IMG/VR virus record: IMGVR_UViG_3300033145_000274
Location: 61,080-125,079 of that record
Length of the DNA: 64,000 nucleotides
Strand: one strand, 5' to 3'
Origin: a virus
Part shown: positions 54,345-63,221 of the stretch, in pieces
Layout of the letters: each line of letters begins with the position of its first letter
Numbering within the stretch: the first letter of the stretch is position 1
Notes under the pieces: model-generated
Told to the model about the DNA's origin: nothing
What the model saw: the letters and a program-made list of their open reading frames with translations, nothing else
Database searches by the model: none
Position numbers and translations under genes: made by a program

Positions 54345-54960
54345 CTATGTACCCCTTGTCGCAGGGTTACTCAAAACTGAGTTGCTGTTCATGTTGGGGC
54401 GCTCAGGCGTGTTCTCGAATACGTATATGCGAAAGGCAGTTTGTTGTTCGTAGTACCCTCTACGGGCCAACAACAAGGTTGCCGGAACATAAAATGGTGG
54501 GGACCATTGAGAGTTCTAAGTAGCTGGATAGCAAGGGCCACATCCCCGTGTGGATTACTGCTTGTAAGGCATAGCGGTTTTTCTGTGTTTATCGGACGTA
54601 CCAACTAAGACATAACTAGTCAATAGTTTATTTGTCTTGGGAAAGAGCGTAAGCTCAAAGCGCAGTAGTGGTGTAAGGAAGTGTCTACGGGCGAAGCTGA
54701 AAGGCATCGTCGTCACACCCGAAAGGGACATAGTTCGGCCATCGCCCAAGGGTGGTAGAGTTGTGTGAGGCAAGCTAAAGGCATCTTGCAAATGTTCTTT
54801 AGTAACCTTAGAACGAGCACTGCTATAGTAACGTGCTGTTGCGTGGAGTAGCGTCCAACAACAGGGACAAAATTGGTGAAGCGGTTCGCAGCCGCGTGTA
54901 CAGACGGGCTACCATGAGAATGTGTCGCTATTAAACGCCCGGTCACCAGCCGTACCTAAG
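54345..54960 (+). ncRNA. candidate large structured ncRNA
   Basis: ~600 nt with no convincing ORF between tRNAs; multiple GNRA hairpins. Confidence 0.6.
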
Positions 54961-55028
54961 AACTTGTGCTTAAAGGTACTTTAATTATACAATGGCATAG
55001 TATCGGGGAACCGATACTATGTCGTTGC

Positions 55029-55099
55029 GGCCTCTCCGAGGGAATGCGGCACCGTGACTACGAATCATGGATGCGATGGTTCAACTCCATCAGGGGCTA
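55029..55099 (+). tRNA. tRNA-Arg(ACG)
   Basis: CGTGA-CTACGAA-TCATG; GATGG-TTCAACT-CCATC. Confidence 0.82.
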
Positions 55100-55103
55100 C
55101 TCT

Positions 55104-55176
55104 GGTACATGAGCACCGGTATGTGCTAGCAAAGCTGATAACTTTGCCGTGCAAGGTTCAACTCCTTGATGTACCA
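55104..55176 (+). tRNA. tRNA-Ile(GAT)
   Basis: CAAAG-CTGATAA-CTTTG; GGTACAT/ATGTACC. Confidence 0.9.
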
Positions 55177-55213
55177 CTTGTGTTTATCACGTTCAATAAG
55201 GGAAAATATACAC

Positions 55214-55435
55214 ATGAGACTTGATGAAAAAGACATTGATGCATTAGCTGGCGAACTCAAAGAACTAAATCATAGTGACACATCAGTGTCCGACCAACAT
55301 ATAGAGTATTGTATTCTTAAACTCAAGGTCAAAGCTTTTAGACGCCGATTGTTCTGGCGTCTCAGAGAGTATGGATTATTTTGGAGATTGAGACGACGTT
55401 CAGACCATATTGTAGGTTATCATTTTTCTAACTAA
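55214..55435 (+). CDS. hypothetical protein
   Basis: short ORF. Confidence 0.45.
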   Translation: MRLDEKDIDALAGELKELNHSDTSVSDQHIEYCILKLKVKAFRRRLFWRLREYGLFWRLRRRSDHIVGYHFSN

Positions 55436-55448
55436 GCAGGAGAGGCAC

Positions 55449-55739
55449 ATGCATATTAGATGTGGATTTGTGAGCAATAGCTCGACGACTAGCTTTTCTA
55501 TCTTTGGTTCTATCACTTCGTTGAGTGAGGACGAATGCGATTTGCTTGCCGAGGCTAAGAAGCTGGGATTGGAAGTACACCATGGCTATGAAAACACTTA
55601 CCTGGGTGTATCATGGCATGAAATTGGTGATGATGAAACGGGCCGACAATTCATGGATAGGGTTGCAACAGCCGTGAATGAGTTAGACCCACAGGCAGAT
55701 GAATGTGGACATTGTGAAGAAGCATTTAGGGATGGTTAA
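55449..55739 (+). CDS. FVSNSS-motif family protein (copy 6)
   Basis: MHIRCGFVSNSSTTSF. Confidence 0.75.
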   Translation: MHIRCGFVSNSSTTSFSIFGSITSLSEDECDLLAEAKKLGLEVHHGYENTYLGVSWHEIGDDETGRQFMDRVATAVNELDPQADECGHCEEAFRDG

Positions 55740-55741
55740 AT

Positions 55742-56785
55742 ATGGCGATATGGACACAAGAAGGCAATCGGGTTCTCTTACATGCCCCGCACCTACAACG
55801 TCAGAGCAAGTGTTATTTTGTAATGCCTGACAACTTTAAGCTTTCGGATGTGCATCCGGACTTACTGCGTCTGTGTGAATTCATTTTGATTCCACAAGAT
55901 AAACAGCCACATAAGTTTACTCGACAACCAGGTAAGGGAGTTGGAGTTGCATTTAGTGGAGGTACGGATTCGTCCGCTGCGTATTGTTTGCTGCGTGACC
56001 TGAATCCCCACCTGTTTTACTTGATGCGCGATGGCATAAAGCCGACTATTATGAAGCACGATAACCCACTAAAGGTTTTCAGTGATAATAATATAGATGT
56101 GCATTGTATGAAAACAAACAGTGAATTACTCAGACTCAACCATGCGCCAGAGGTGGGGTTTGTAACAGATTATCATGTATCCATACCATTGATATTGCTT
56201 GCTGACCAATATGACTTGGGTTGTATGTGTACTGGAACCATGTTGGGGTCTACGTTTCTATGGAAGGGCTACCAATATCGTGAGTTTGAAGAAACGGGAC
56301 ACTGGAAATACTGGGGGGGGCTTTTTAAGCAAGCTGGCTTACAAATGTTCATGCCGGTTATGCCATGTTCAGAAATTCTAACTAGCAGTATTGTACAACA
56401 AAGTGGATTTCAGTCGGAAAGTTGTGCCCGAGGTTGCGGCAAACCATGTTTGAAATGTTACAAGTGTTTCCGTAAACAAGCTATTAGTGGTATCAAACTG
56501 GATTCATATATTGGCACACCCATACAGGGCTCACTTAAACAGCGTCCTTTGAAACAGGGCGCTAGTATGATACAGGCCAATAACAAGTTTCATCTTGGTA
56601 TTGCTGAATTAAAAGAGTATGAGACTCTGGACATGTCATGGACTGAAAGATATTATGCCAGAGGCATAGAACTTGCACCAGAACGATATCAAAAGCATTT
56701 GACCGCCCGGCTAAATCAATATGCTGATGCAATGACTAGCGATGATATAGATAAACTACAACACTTTGATATTTCTGGTGATTGA
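55742..56785 (+). CDS. PP-loop/adenine-nucleotide alpha-hydrolase-like protein
   Basis: VAFSGGTDS; C-terminal SC..C..C.KC cluster. Confidence 0.7.
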   Translation: MAIWTQEGNRVLLHAPHLQRQSKCYFVMPDNFKLSDVHPDLLRLCEFILIPQDKQPHKFTRQPGKGVGVAFSGGTDSSAAYCLLRDLNPHLFYLMRDGIKPTIMKHDNPLKVFSDNNIDVHCMKTNSELLRLNHAPEVGFVTDYHVSIPLILLADQYDLGCMCTGTMLGSTFLWKGYQYREFEETGHWKYWGGLFKQAGLQMFMPVMPCSEILTSSIVQQSGFQSESCARGCGKPCLKCYKCFRKQAISGIKLDSYIGTPIQGSLKQRPLKQGASMIQANNKFHLGIAELKEYETLDMSWTERYYARGIELAPERYQKHLTARLNQYADAMTSDDIDKLQHFDISGD

Positions 56786-57341
56786 ACTAACTATGGAACA
56801 CTCTGCAACATTGCCAGCCGAAGTCATGCGTGAGTTTATTAACCATGCATTTGTGGAATGTGGCATAGGGCATAGTACGCTGTTGGTTTTAGCTAAAACA
56901 TTGGGTTTTGTACAACAGTACGGTATTGATATTGTAGACCAGTATTGTATGAGGGCACAACAAGATGCACCACAAGCCACTATCTACTGGGGGGACACGC
57001 GGGAATTCTTGCCGGTTGTGTTATACAAACTTAACGGACCTACTACATTTTGGTTGGATGCTCACACCAAAGAAGATAGCCCCCTGAAGGACGAATTGAA
57101 ATTCATCAGTGGTTTTAGACACTTGCGCGGTTCGGTTATATTGATTGATGACCTACGCATGATTAGAAGTGGTACGTACTGGGCCAAAGACTATCATACC
57201 TTAGAACAGGCTTCGTTTAGTACCTTTTTGAGTTACATTCATGCTATCTTTAAGAACTTTGACTTACACATTGGTTATCGCAACCGCCATGCAAATACCA
57301 CACAACATGTTGATGATATTATGGTAATCCAAATACAATGA
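56766..57341 (+). CDS. methyltransferase-like protein
   Basis: GDTREFL, FWLDAH, VILIDD. Confidence 0.55.
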   Translation: MIFLVIELTMEHSATLPAEVMREFINHAFVECGIGHSTLLVLAKTLGFVQQYGIDIVDQYCMRAQQDAPQATIYWGDTREFLPVVLYKLNGPTTFWLDAHTKEDSPLKDELKFISGFRHLRGSVILIDDLRMIRSGTYWAKDYHTLEQASFSTFLSYIHAIFKNFDLHIGYRNRHANTTQHVDDIMVIQIQ

Positions 57342-58339
57342 AACCCAAAATATACCACGATGTACCACGTGATAGCCACGCACTAGACCACACCCAGGTG
57401 GAATACGTTGAAAAAGAACAAGATGCTGATTTCTTATTGTGTTGTAGTACATTTCCAACACATCAAGACCCAACTAAAACCATTTTGTGGCAAAAGGAAA
57501 GTCCGATAACATCTCACAGGCGATGGACATACGACAACTTTCACTTATTTCATACGGTTGTTACACACCATCCCTTGGGTGATAATCAAATCCAGTTTAC
57601 TGACTACCCCGCAACATATCCATGGATGCCCGTACGTACCCCAATACACATACGTGAGAACACAACCATAACTAAACGCACAATATGTTACTTTGGTCAC
57701 GCAAATAAACACAATGCTGATTTAGAAGACCGGTGGGGAACCACCACACTATACGGAACCAGAACATATATCTCAGAAGACCTGTTGGACTGTGACCGCT
57801 ACGTAGTGTATGGTCCGACCACCGTACCAAAGTTCAAAATCCCTGGCGCTATCATGGGTGAATCTGCCAAGTATCACTATAAACATTGGCCAGGTATGAA
57901 TCCCGTTAGCAAATGGTCTGAGTTAGTTCCGAAGTGTGAACATTCATCACAGCCATCTCAATGGTTACCGAAGTTACATGATATCAATGCTTGTGGAGCA
58001 GACTTTATTTTGGTATTGGAGAATTGTCTACAGCCTAATCTCATAGCAGACAAGTTATTTGATGCAGTAGCCTCCGACCGGGTTATGTTGTATTTAGGAG
58101 AACCACACATTGAACGTCATGTACCACCCGAATGTTTCGTAGACTTACGACCCATATTTGATAGAACAACCAGACGTATTGATGCGCGAGCACTCTTGGC
58201 CATTACAGACAACATGACCCAACAAGAGTATGATGGATATATTTACGCCGCACGAGAATGGCGAAGCGCCTTTACAGAGTCCAGGTGGTATGAAGAACGC
58301 GCCAAGCTTACTGCTAGAATAGTAAAAAGACTAGTCTAA
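57338..58339 (+). CDS. GT10 (alpha-1,3-fucosyltransferase-like) protein
   Basis: FILVLENCLQPNLIADKLFDA..MLYLG. Confidence 0.7.
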   Translation: MKPKIYHDVPRDSHALDHTQVEYVEKEQDADFLLCCSTFPTHQDPTKTILWQKESPITSHRRWTYDNFHLFHTVVTHHPLGDNQIQFTDYPATYPWMPVRTPIHIRENTTITKRTICYFGHANKHNADLEDRWGTTTLYGTRTYISEDLLDCDRYVVYGPTTVPKFKIPGAIMGESAKYHYKHWPGMNPVSKWSELVPKCEHSSQPSQWLPKLHDINACGADFILVLENCLQPNLIADKLFDAVASDRVMLYLGEPHIERHVPPECFVDLRPIFDRTTRRIDARALLAITDNMTQQEYDGYIYAAREWRSAFTESRWYEERAKLTARIVKRLV

Positions 58340-59286
58340 TGAACCAATATACATCTGCCGAAATTATACCACATAAATTGATATCAAATCCTCGCGTGTT
58401 ATCCCGTTTGGTTGCACGACAATTAGTTCCAACATGCGTTCATCTAAGCCCAACTAATAAATGTAATCTACATTGTACATTTTGTAGTTGTGCTAATGTT
58501 GATAGACAGCAAGAACTACCGCTGAAGGATATTAAGACATTTTACAATAAATATCGTGCGTCAATTTTGGCCACATCACTTAGTGGTGGAGAACCATTGA
58601 TGTATCCAGATTTTGATGCATTGATAGAGTTTCTGGTTCAACGACGAATAGATATAGGTCTAACCACCAACGGACTATTGCTAAAGACCAAAGACAGTAA
58701 CATATTAAACGCACTTACCTGGACAAGAATATCTTTAAGTGATACATCACTACCACATCTAAAAGATTTTCACACTACGATTGATAACGCACCAAAGTGT
58801 GACTGGGCGTTTTCACTGGTGTGTGGAACTGACTTAGATACAAATTATGATATACTCTCAGCATATCTACATGAGTATGGCGATAAAATAACACACATGC
58901 GTGTGGTAAATGATATTCTGAATGTTGACGACCGTGTGTATAACTTGATAGAACAGGTCAAGTTCAGTGAGCTAGACACCAGCAAGGTTATATTTCAACC
59001 CAGGACACACCCAACACGAGGACATAAGCGTTGTAGACTCGGTGCATTAAAACCAGTCGTGGCCGCTACCGGTAAAATATACTCTTGTTGTGGTGCTCAG
59101 TATGCCATTAAGGGTAAGGAACGACAGCGTTGCGATGAATTACAAATTGGTCACATAGCAGATAACACATCTCTTTCCAACATAAGCTTTGATGGCACAG
59201 TTTGCGATGTTTGTTACTATAATCACTATAATGAACTTCTTGATTTGTTTTTTTTAGCCCATACTACGCATGACAATTTTATATAA
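58339..59286 (+). CDS. radical SAM protein with C-terminal Cys cluster
   Basis: CNLHCTFCSC, SGGEPLM, TTNG, C..GKIYSCC..CDVC. Confidence 0.88.
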   Translation: MNQYTSAEIIPHKLISNPRVLSRLVARQLVPTCVHLSPTNKCNLHCTFCSCANVDRQQELPLKDIKTFYNKYRASILATSLSGGEPLMYPDFDALIEFLVQRRIDIGLTTNGLLLKTKDSNILNALTWTRISLSDTSLPHLKDFHTTIDNAPKCDWAFSLVCGTDLDTNYDILSAYLHEYGDKITHMRVVNDILNVDDRVYNLIEQVKFSELDTSKVIFQPRTHPTRGHKRCRLGALKPVVAATGKIYSCCGAQYAIKGKERQRCDELQIGHIADNTSLSNISFDGTVCDVCYYNHYNELLDLFFLAHTTHDNFI

Positions 59287-59303
59287 CCACATGGAACTAT
59301 TGA

Positions 59304-60239
59304 ATGAAGCTTTGCACAACCAAAAAAGACACCATTGATGATACAATTGATGGCCTAGAGTTGGTAGACGAAGAAAGTTGTGCGGACTTTATGGTCTATG
59401 TCAGCACTTTTCCGCGCGACAAAGACCCATCGAAATGTATTTTGATACAACGAGAACCACCCATTACAAAACATCGACGTTGGACCTATGACAACTTCCA
59501 TCAGTTTCTAGTGGCTGCCGTGTACAATCCCACTGGAGATAACCAGGTGGCGCTCACCCATAATCCTGCTGTATATCCCTTTAGTCCTACACGAACAGTA
59601 TGCGCCAACAGACACGACACCACCATCACACAACGAATTATGTGTTTCTTTGGTCATAATGGTGATACAAGCGATAACCTGGTAGATAAGTGGCAGGCGT
59701 CATCACTATTAAAAGTTCGTAGTCAGTTATCCAACCAATTATTACATCACGATAGATACGTTGTATATGGTCCAATGACACCACCGTCTATTAAACTTGC
59801 TGGTTCTCGTTGTGGCGCATTTATCCGAGGTAAAACTAGTTGGTGGCCAGCCAAGTTACATGACTTAGACGCATGTGGTGCGGATTTTGTTTTGGCATTA
59901 GAAAACAGTATGCATCCAAACTTCATAACAGAAAAACTACATGATGCCTTAGCATCTGACCGCGTTGTGTTATACCTAGGGGAACCCAATATAGAACGAC
60001 ACATTCCGCCCTCGTGTTTCATTGACTTGCGCCCTATCTACAATACAACCACACGATGCTTGGATGTCCCAGCTTTACTAGATATAACAGCTAACATTAC
60101 TCAGGAAGAATACGATGGTTATATTCACGCGGCACGCGAATGGAGAAACTCACTATCTCCCGAATTATTTTTAACAGAACGTACCAACTTTACTCATAGA
60201 CTAGTGCAATGTATTAAAGAACGAGGGGTCGTAGCTTAG
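59304..60239 (+). CDS. GT10 (alpha-1,3-fucosyltransferase-like) protein, paralog
   Basis: FVLALENSMHPNFITEKLHDA..VLYLG. Confidence 0.75.
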   Translation: MKLCTTKKDTIDDTIDGLELVDEESCADFMVYVSTFPRDKDPSKCILIQREPPITKHRRWTYDNFHQFLVAAVYNPTGDNQVALTHNPAVYPFSPTRTVCANRHDTTITQRIMCFFGHNGDTSDNLVDKWQASSLLKVRSQLSNQLLHHDRYVVYGPMTPPSIKLAGSRCGAFIRGKTSWWPAKLHDLDACGADFVLALENSMHPNFITEKLHDALASDRVVLYLGEPNIERHIPPSCFIDLRPIYNTTTRCLDVPALLDITANITQEEYDGYIHAAREWRNSLSPELFLTERTNFTHRLVQCIKERGVVA

Positions 60240-60299
60240 CTGGCCTAAAGCATCCGCCTTTTAAGCGGAAAATCGTAAGTTCAAATCTCACCGGCCCTA
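60225..60299 (+). tRNA. tRNA-Lys(TTT), second copy
   Basis: TCCGC-CTTTTAA-GCGGA. Confidence 0.88.
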
Positions 60300-60302
60300 C
60301 TT

Positions 60303-60641
60303 TTAAGGCAATGTTCTAACCAATGTTCTAGGCAATACTATAAGAACAATCGAACCGAGCATAAAAAAGCAACCAGAAGACGCACGATTATTTGTGTTCA
60401 GCAAAACAGGGCTTGGATACTAAATCTAAAACAAGCTTCTGGATGTACACTGTGTACAGAAAATAATCCTTGCTGCTTAGACTTTCATCATGTGCAGCCA
60501 AATATCAAGGAAAAGGATATCAGTTGGCTCGCACATAATGGATATTCCAGGGCTAGATTACAAGTTGAAATAGATAAATGCATAATTGTTTGTGCTAATT
60601 GTCATAGGAAAATTCACGCAAATAACATGCATGTCCCCTGA
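60303..60641 (+). pseudogene. 5'-truncated HNH endonuclease
   Basis: open frame GCTLC..CLDFHH..EIDKCIIVCANCHRKIH with no upstream in-frame start before a stop inside the tRNA. Confidence 0.75.
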
Positions 60642-60703
60642 GTGTGACAGACGCACGATAGCCTCCTAAGCTATAAGAATAGGTGCAATTCCTATAGGGG
60701 ATA
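60633..60703 (+). tRNA. tRNA-Arg(CCT)
   Basis: ATAGC-CTCCTAA-GCTAT; T loop TGCAATT. Confidence 0.85.
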
Positions 60704-60723
60704 CTCACACAAGGAGCCCAACG

Positions 60724-61317
60724 GTGAAACTAAAACGACGTAAGTTTTTACAACTTGGTGGCTTGGCAACCTTTATGCCAGCGTGTGTGTGGTCTACCAA
60801 GGCTAAGACTAAAGTCAAACCTATCCAATCCAGAAAACACACGGCACTAAGCGTTCAGGTCGCAAAATCCCCCGTGTATCGTGGACCCAACATGGACCTT
60901 GGTCCCTATAAAGGCCACAGTGTAACCTATGACCCAACTGAATCCAACGACATGTGTCGTCGTTATTCCACATGGCCAGTCGTGGTAAACCTAATCATAA
61001 ATTATCAACACGGTGAAGAAACTTATGACACATTTGCATCTGGATTAACCGCAAAGGAAACCGTATCACGAGCCAATTTTTTGGTTAATCGCATAGGTTT
61101 TATGATGAGTCCTGACCAGTTATTTGCTGATGCACGGATTGACCCACTGTGTAAATATCGCCAAAGAGAAAAAGAATTCTACTGCGGTTTCTTACGTCAG
61201 AATTTGACACGACCATTGTTGTCTGACCTACACAACCTACATATTTTAGGACAAACATTCAAACTTTCCAGTATTGCACTACACAACCGTGATAAACAAA
61301 AAAGACCTAAAAATTGA
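60724..61317 (+). CDS. protein with twin-arginine signal
   Basis: KLKRRKFLQLGGLATF; RBS aaggag. Confidence 0.65.
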   Translation: MKLKRRKFLQLGGLATFMPACVWSTKAKTKVKPIQSRKHTALSVQVAKSPVYRGPNMDLGPYKGHSVTYDPTESNDMCRRYSTWPVVVNLIINYQHGEETYDTFASGLTAKETVSRANFLVNRIGFMMSPDQLFADARIDPLCKYRQREKEFYCGFLRQNLTRPLLSDLHNLHILGQTFKLSSIALHNRDKQKRPKN

Positions 61318-61741
61318 AACCATACGGGGTAAGGGACCCGGCGGTCAACACAAAAATAAGACCGATTCTATGGTGCGCATCACCCACATTCCGACTGGGA
61401 CTGTGGTAGCTGTAGATGGTAGACACCAGCACCGCAATCGTAAACGAGCCATCGCTGAGTTAGAACGTAGGCTTCGTGAGTTACAGTTGCAACAAAAAGC
61501 TGCACAGAAAAAGGCGCGTCGAGACGTTAAAATTCACGAGCACACCATTATTAGAACGTACGATTTTAGCAGAGGAGTAGTCAAGGACCATAGAACAGGT
61601 AAGACAGCCTCGTTAAAGAACATACTCCAAAAAGGAAAGCTAGGACTATTACATGACGACACCATTTCTGAAGGACGCGACCGTTCGCAAAAGAATCTTG
61701 CGTGTCCAAAGGTCGAAGAAGGACTTGCAGACGGTATATGA
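61289..61741 (+). CDS. short GGQ peptide-chain release factor homolog
   Basis: GPGGQHKNKTDSMVRITHIPTG; QHRNR..A; IRTYDF..VKDHRTG; lacks codon-recognition domains. Confidence 0.88.
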   Translation: MINKKDLKIETIRGKGPGGQHKNKTDSMVRITHIPTGTVVAVDGRHQHRNRKRAIAELERRLRELQLQQKAAQKKARRDVKIHEHTIIRTYDFSRGVVKDHRTGKTASLKNILQKGKLGLLHDDTISEGRDRSQKNLACPKVEEGLADGI

Positions 61742-61967
61742 CCGTGAAATGCGCAGATTAGATGCTGAGAAAGCTGATATTCAAGCTCGTTGTCCACACA
61801 CAGAAATTACATATCACGGTGACCCTTCTGGTGGGTCAGATGGTTACTACGAATGTACTACTTGTAGATATAACAGTAAATGGTATTTTGAAGCAGATGA
61901 ACAACGCGCCCGAGAAATAGTACAAAGAAACTCGACCCCTCGGGCACCGGCCCGGTCAATACAATGA
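61653..61967 (+). CDS. hypothetical protein with zinc motif
   Basis: CPH..DPSGGSD..CTTC. Confidence 0.55.
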   Translation: MTTPFLKDATVRKRILRVQRSKKDLQTVYDREMRRLDAEKADIQARCPHTEITYHGDPSGGSDGYYECTTCRYNSKWYFEADEQRAREIVQRNSTPRAPARSIQ

Positions 61968-62038
61968 GGCTCGCCTGACGGATTTCAGACCCGATTCTTC
62001 TAAAATTGGTGTGACAGGTTCGACTCCTGTGCGAGCTA
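61968..62038 (+). tRNA. tRNA-Arg(TCT)
   Basis: CCGATT-CTTCTAA-AATTGG; ACAGG-TTCGACT-CCTGT. Confidence 0.82.
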
Positions 62039-62051
62039 CTTGGAGACACAC

Positions 62052-63059
62052 ATGAAGATACTATTCACCGGCGAAAACGTGTTAGACCCACAAATCCATG
62101 GCATTGGGCGCATGTCTCGTTGTGTGTTGCGCGGCTTGATGGATATTGGTCACACTTGTATTGCGCGTGGTGTGTACGAAGACCTATTCGATGACCGTTT
62201 GCAAACCTCAACTGACATAAACGATGGTGATGTCCTATTGCTTCCTGCTAATGGCCTCGTGGGTGTAAATTCACAAACACGTGAGCTAATACGGTCATCT
62301 AAACTACCAATCGTATCATTGATATATGATATGATTCCATACATATTTCACCAAGACAAAAATCCCAACTACATTCATTGGATAGAAGAAACCATAGAGG
62401 TGTCTGACCACATCATAACCATATCCCATCACTCTGAATCAGATATTATTGAACATCTACAATGCAACAAGCCTATCACCGTAATACATCCTGGCGTACC
62501 CTTTGAGCCACCTGAATACGAACCGATTGAACCAGAGGATTACTTCTTGTCTGTTGGTGGCTATGGAGAACATAAGGGATACCACGAATTATTGCGAGCC
62601 ATATTACAAAACCAACAACAACTGATTATGGTAGGCATACCCTTTGGGTATGATTGGCCGAAAACATTTCAAGAAGAAACAAAAGCGCTAGTTAGTCAAG
62701 CTTGTAATCAAGGGCTATTGGTGGAGTTCCATGGTATTAGCGATGAGATGCTCATTGACCTATATCAACACGCACAGGCTCTGGTATATCCTACAAGGTA
62801 CGAGGGATTTGGTCTTCCAATTATTGAAGCCATGAGTTGTGGATGTCCTGTAATTACCACGGGATTAACTGCCACCTGCGAGGCTGCTGGAGGTGCTGCT
62901 TTATTCATTAAGCCCACCACGGAGGATATTGTTACAGCCATGCATTATGTTGTATCTCAGAGAACAGAACTTATACAATTGGGATTACAGCGCACGCGCG
63001 ATTGTGCTAATTGGCGTAAAATCGCCGCCCTTTACGCAAATGTGCTTGACAAAATCTAA
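62052..63059 (+). CDS. GT4-family glycosyltransferase
   Basis: IYDMIP, HKGYHELL, YPTRYEGFGLPIIEAMSCGCPV. Confidence 0.92.
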   Translation: MKILFTGENVLDPQIHGIGRMSRCVLRGLMDIGHTCIARGVYEDLFDDRLQTSTDINDGDVLLLPANGLVGVNSQTRELIRSSKLPIVSLIYDMIPYIFHQDKNPNYIHWIEETIEVSDHIITISHHSESDIIEHLQCNKPITVIHPGVPFEPPEYEPIEPEDYFLSVGGYGEHKGYHELLRAILQNQQQLIMVGIPFGYDWPKTFQEETKALVSQACNQGLLVEFHGISDEMLIDLYQHAQALVYPTRYEGFGLPIIEAMSCGCPVITTGLTATCEAAGGAALFIKPTTEDIVTAMHYVVSQRTELIQLGLQRTRDCANWRKIAALYANVLDKI

Positions 63060-63073
63060 ATTTATGTTAAGAT
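63046..63073 (+). promoter_or_regulatory. sigma70-like promoter
   Basis: TTGACA-16nt-TAAGAT, TGn. Confidence 0.7.
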
Positions 63074-63102
63074 AGTGGTGGGTAGCTGCCGATATCTTTT
63101 AT

Positions 63103-63174
63103 GCCTCACGAGTGTGCCGGAACGCACGGTGGTCTTCGGAATCACAAGACGGAGTTCAATTCTTCGGTGGGGTA
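63103..63174 (+). tRNA. tRNA-Arg(TCG)
   Basis: GTGGT-CTTCGGA-ATCAC. Confidence 0.85.
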
Positions 63175-63221
63175 CTATCGTTCACAATACGTAAATCTAA
63201 GTCATAACACTGGAGATAGAC

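Noticed and set aside
54720-54740. GACATAGTTC resembling group I intron S/P7 element
   Set aside because: No matching R element (GACUA with bulged A) or interrupted gene was identified; left to a covariance-model search
718-62344. Many minus-strand ORFs in the supplied track
   Set aside because: They shadow well-supported + strand genes, have no recognisable motifs, and all promoters and tRNAs point to + strand transcription
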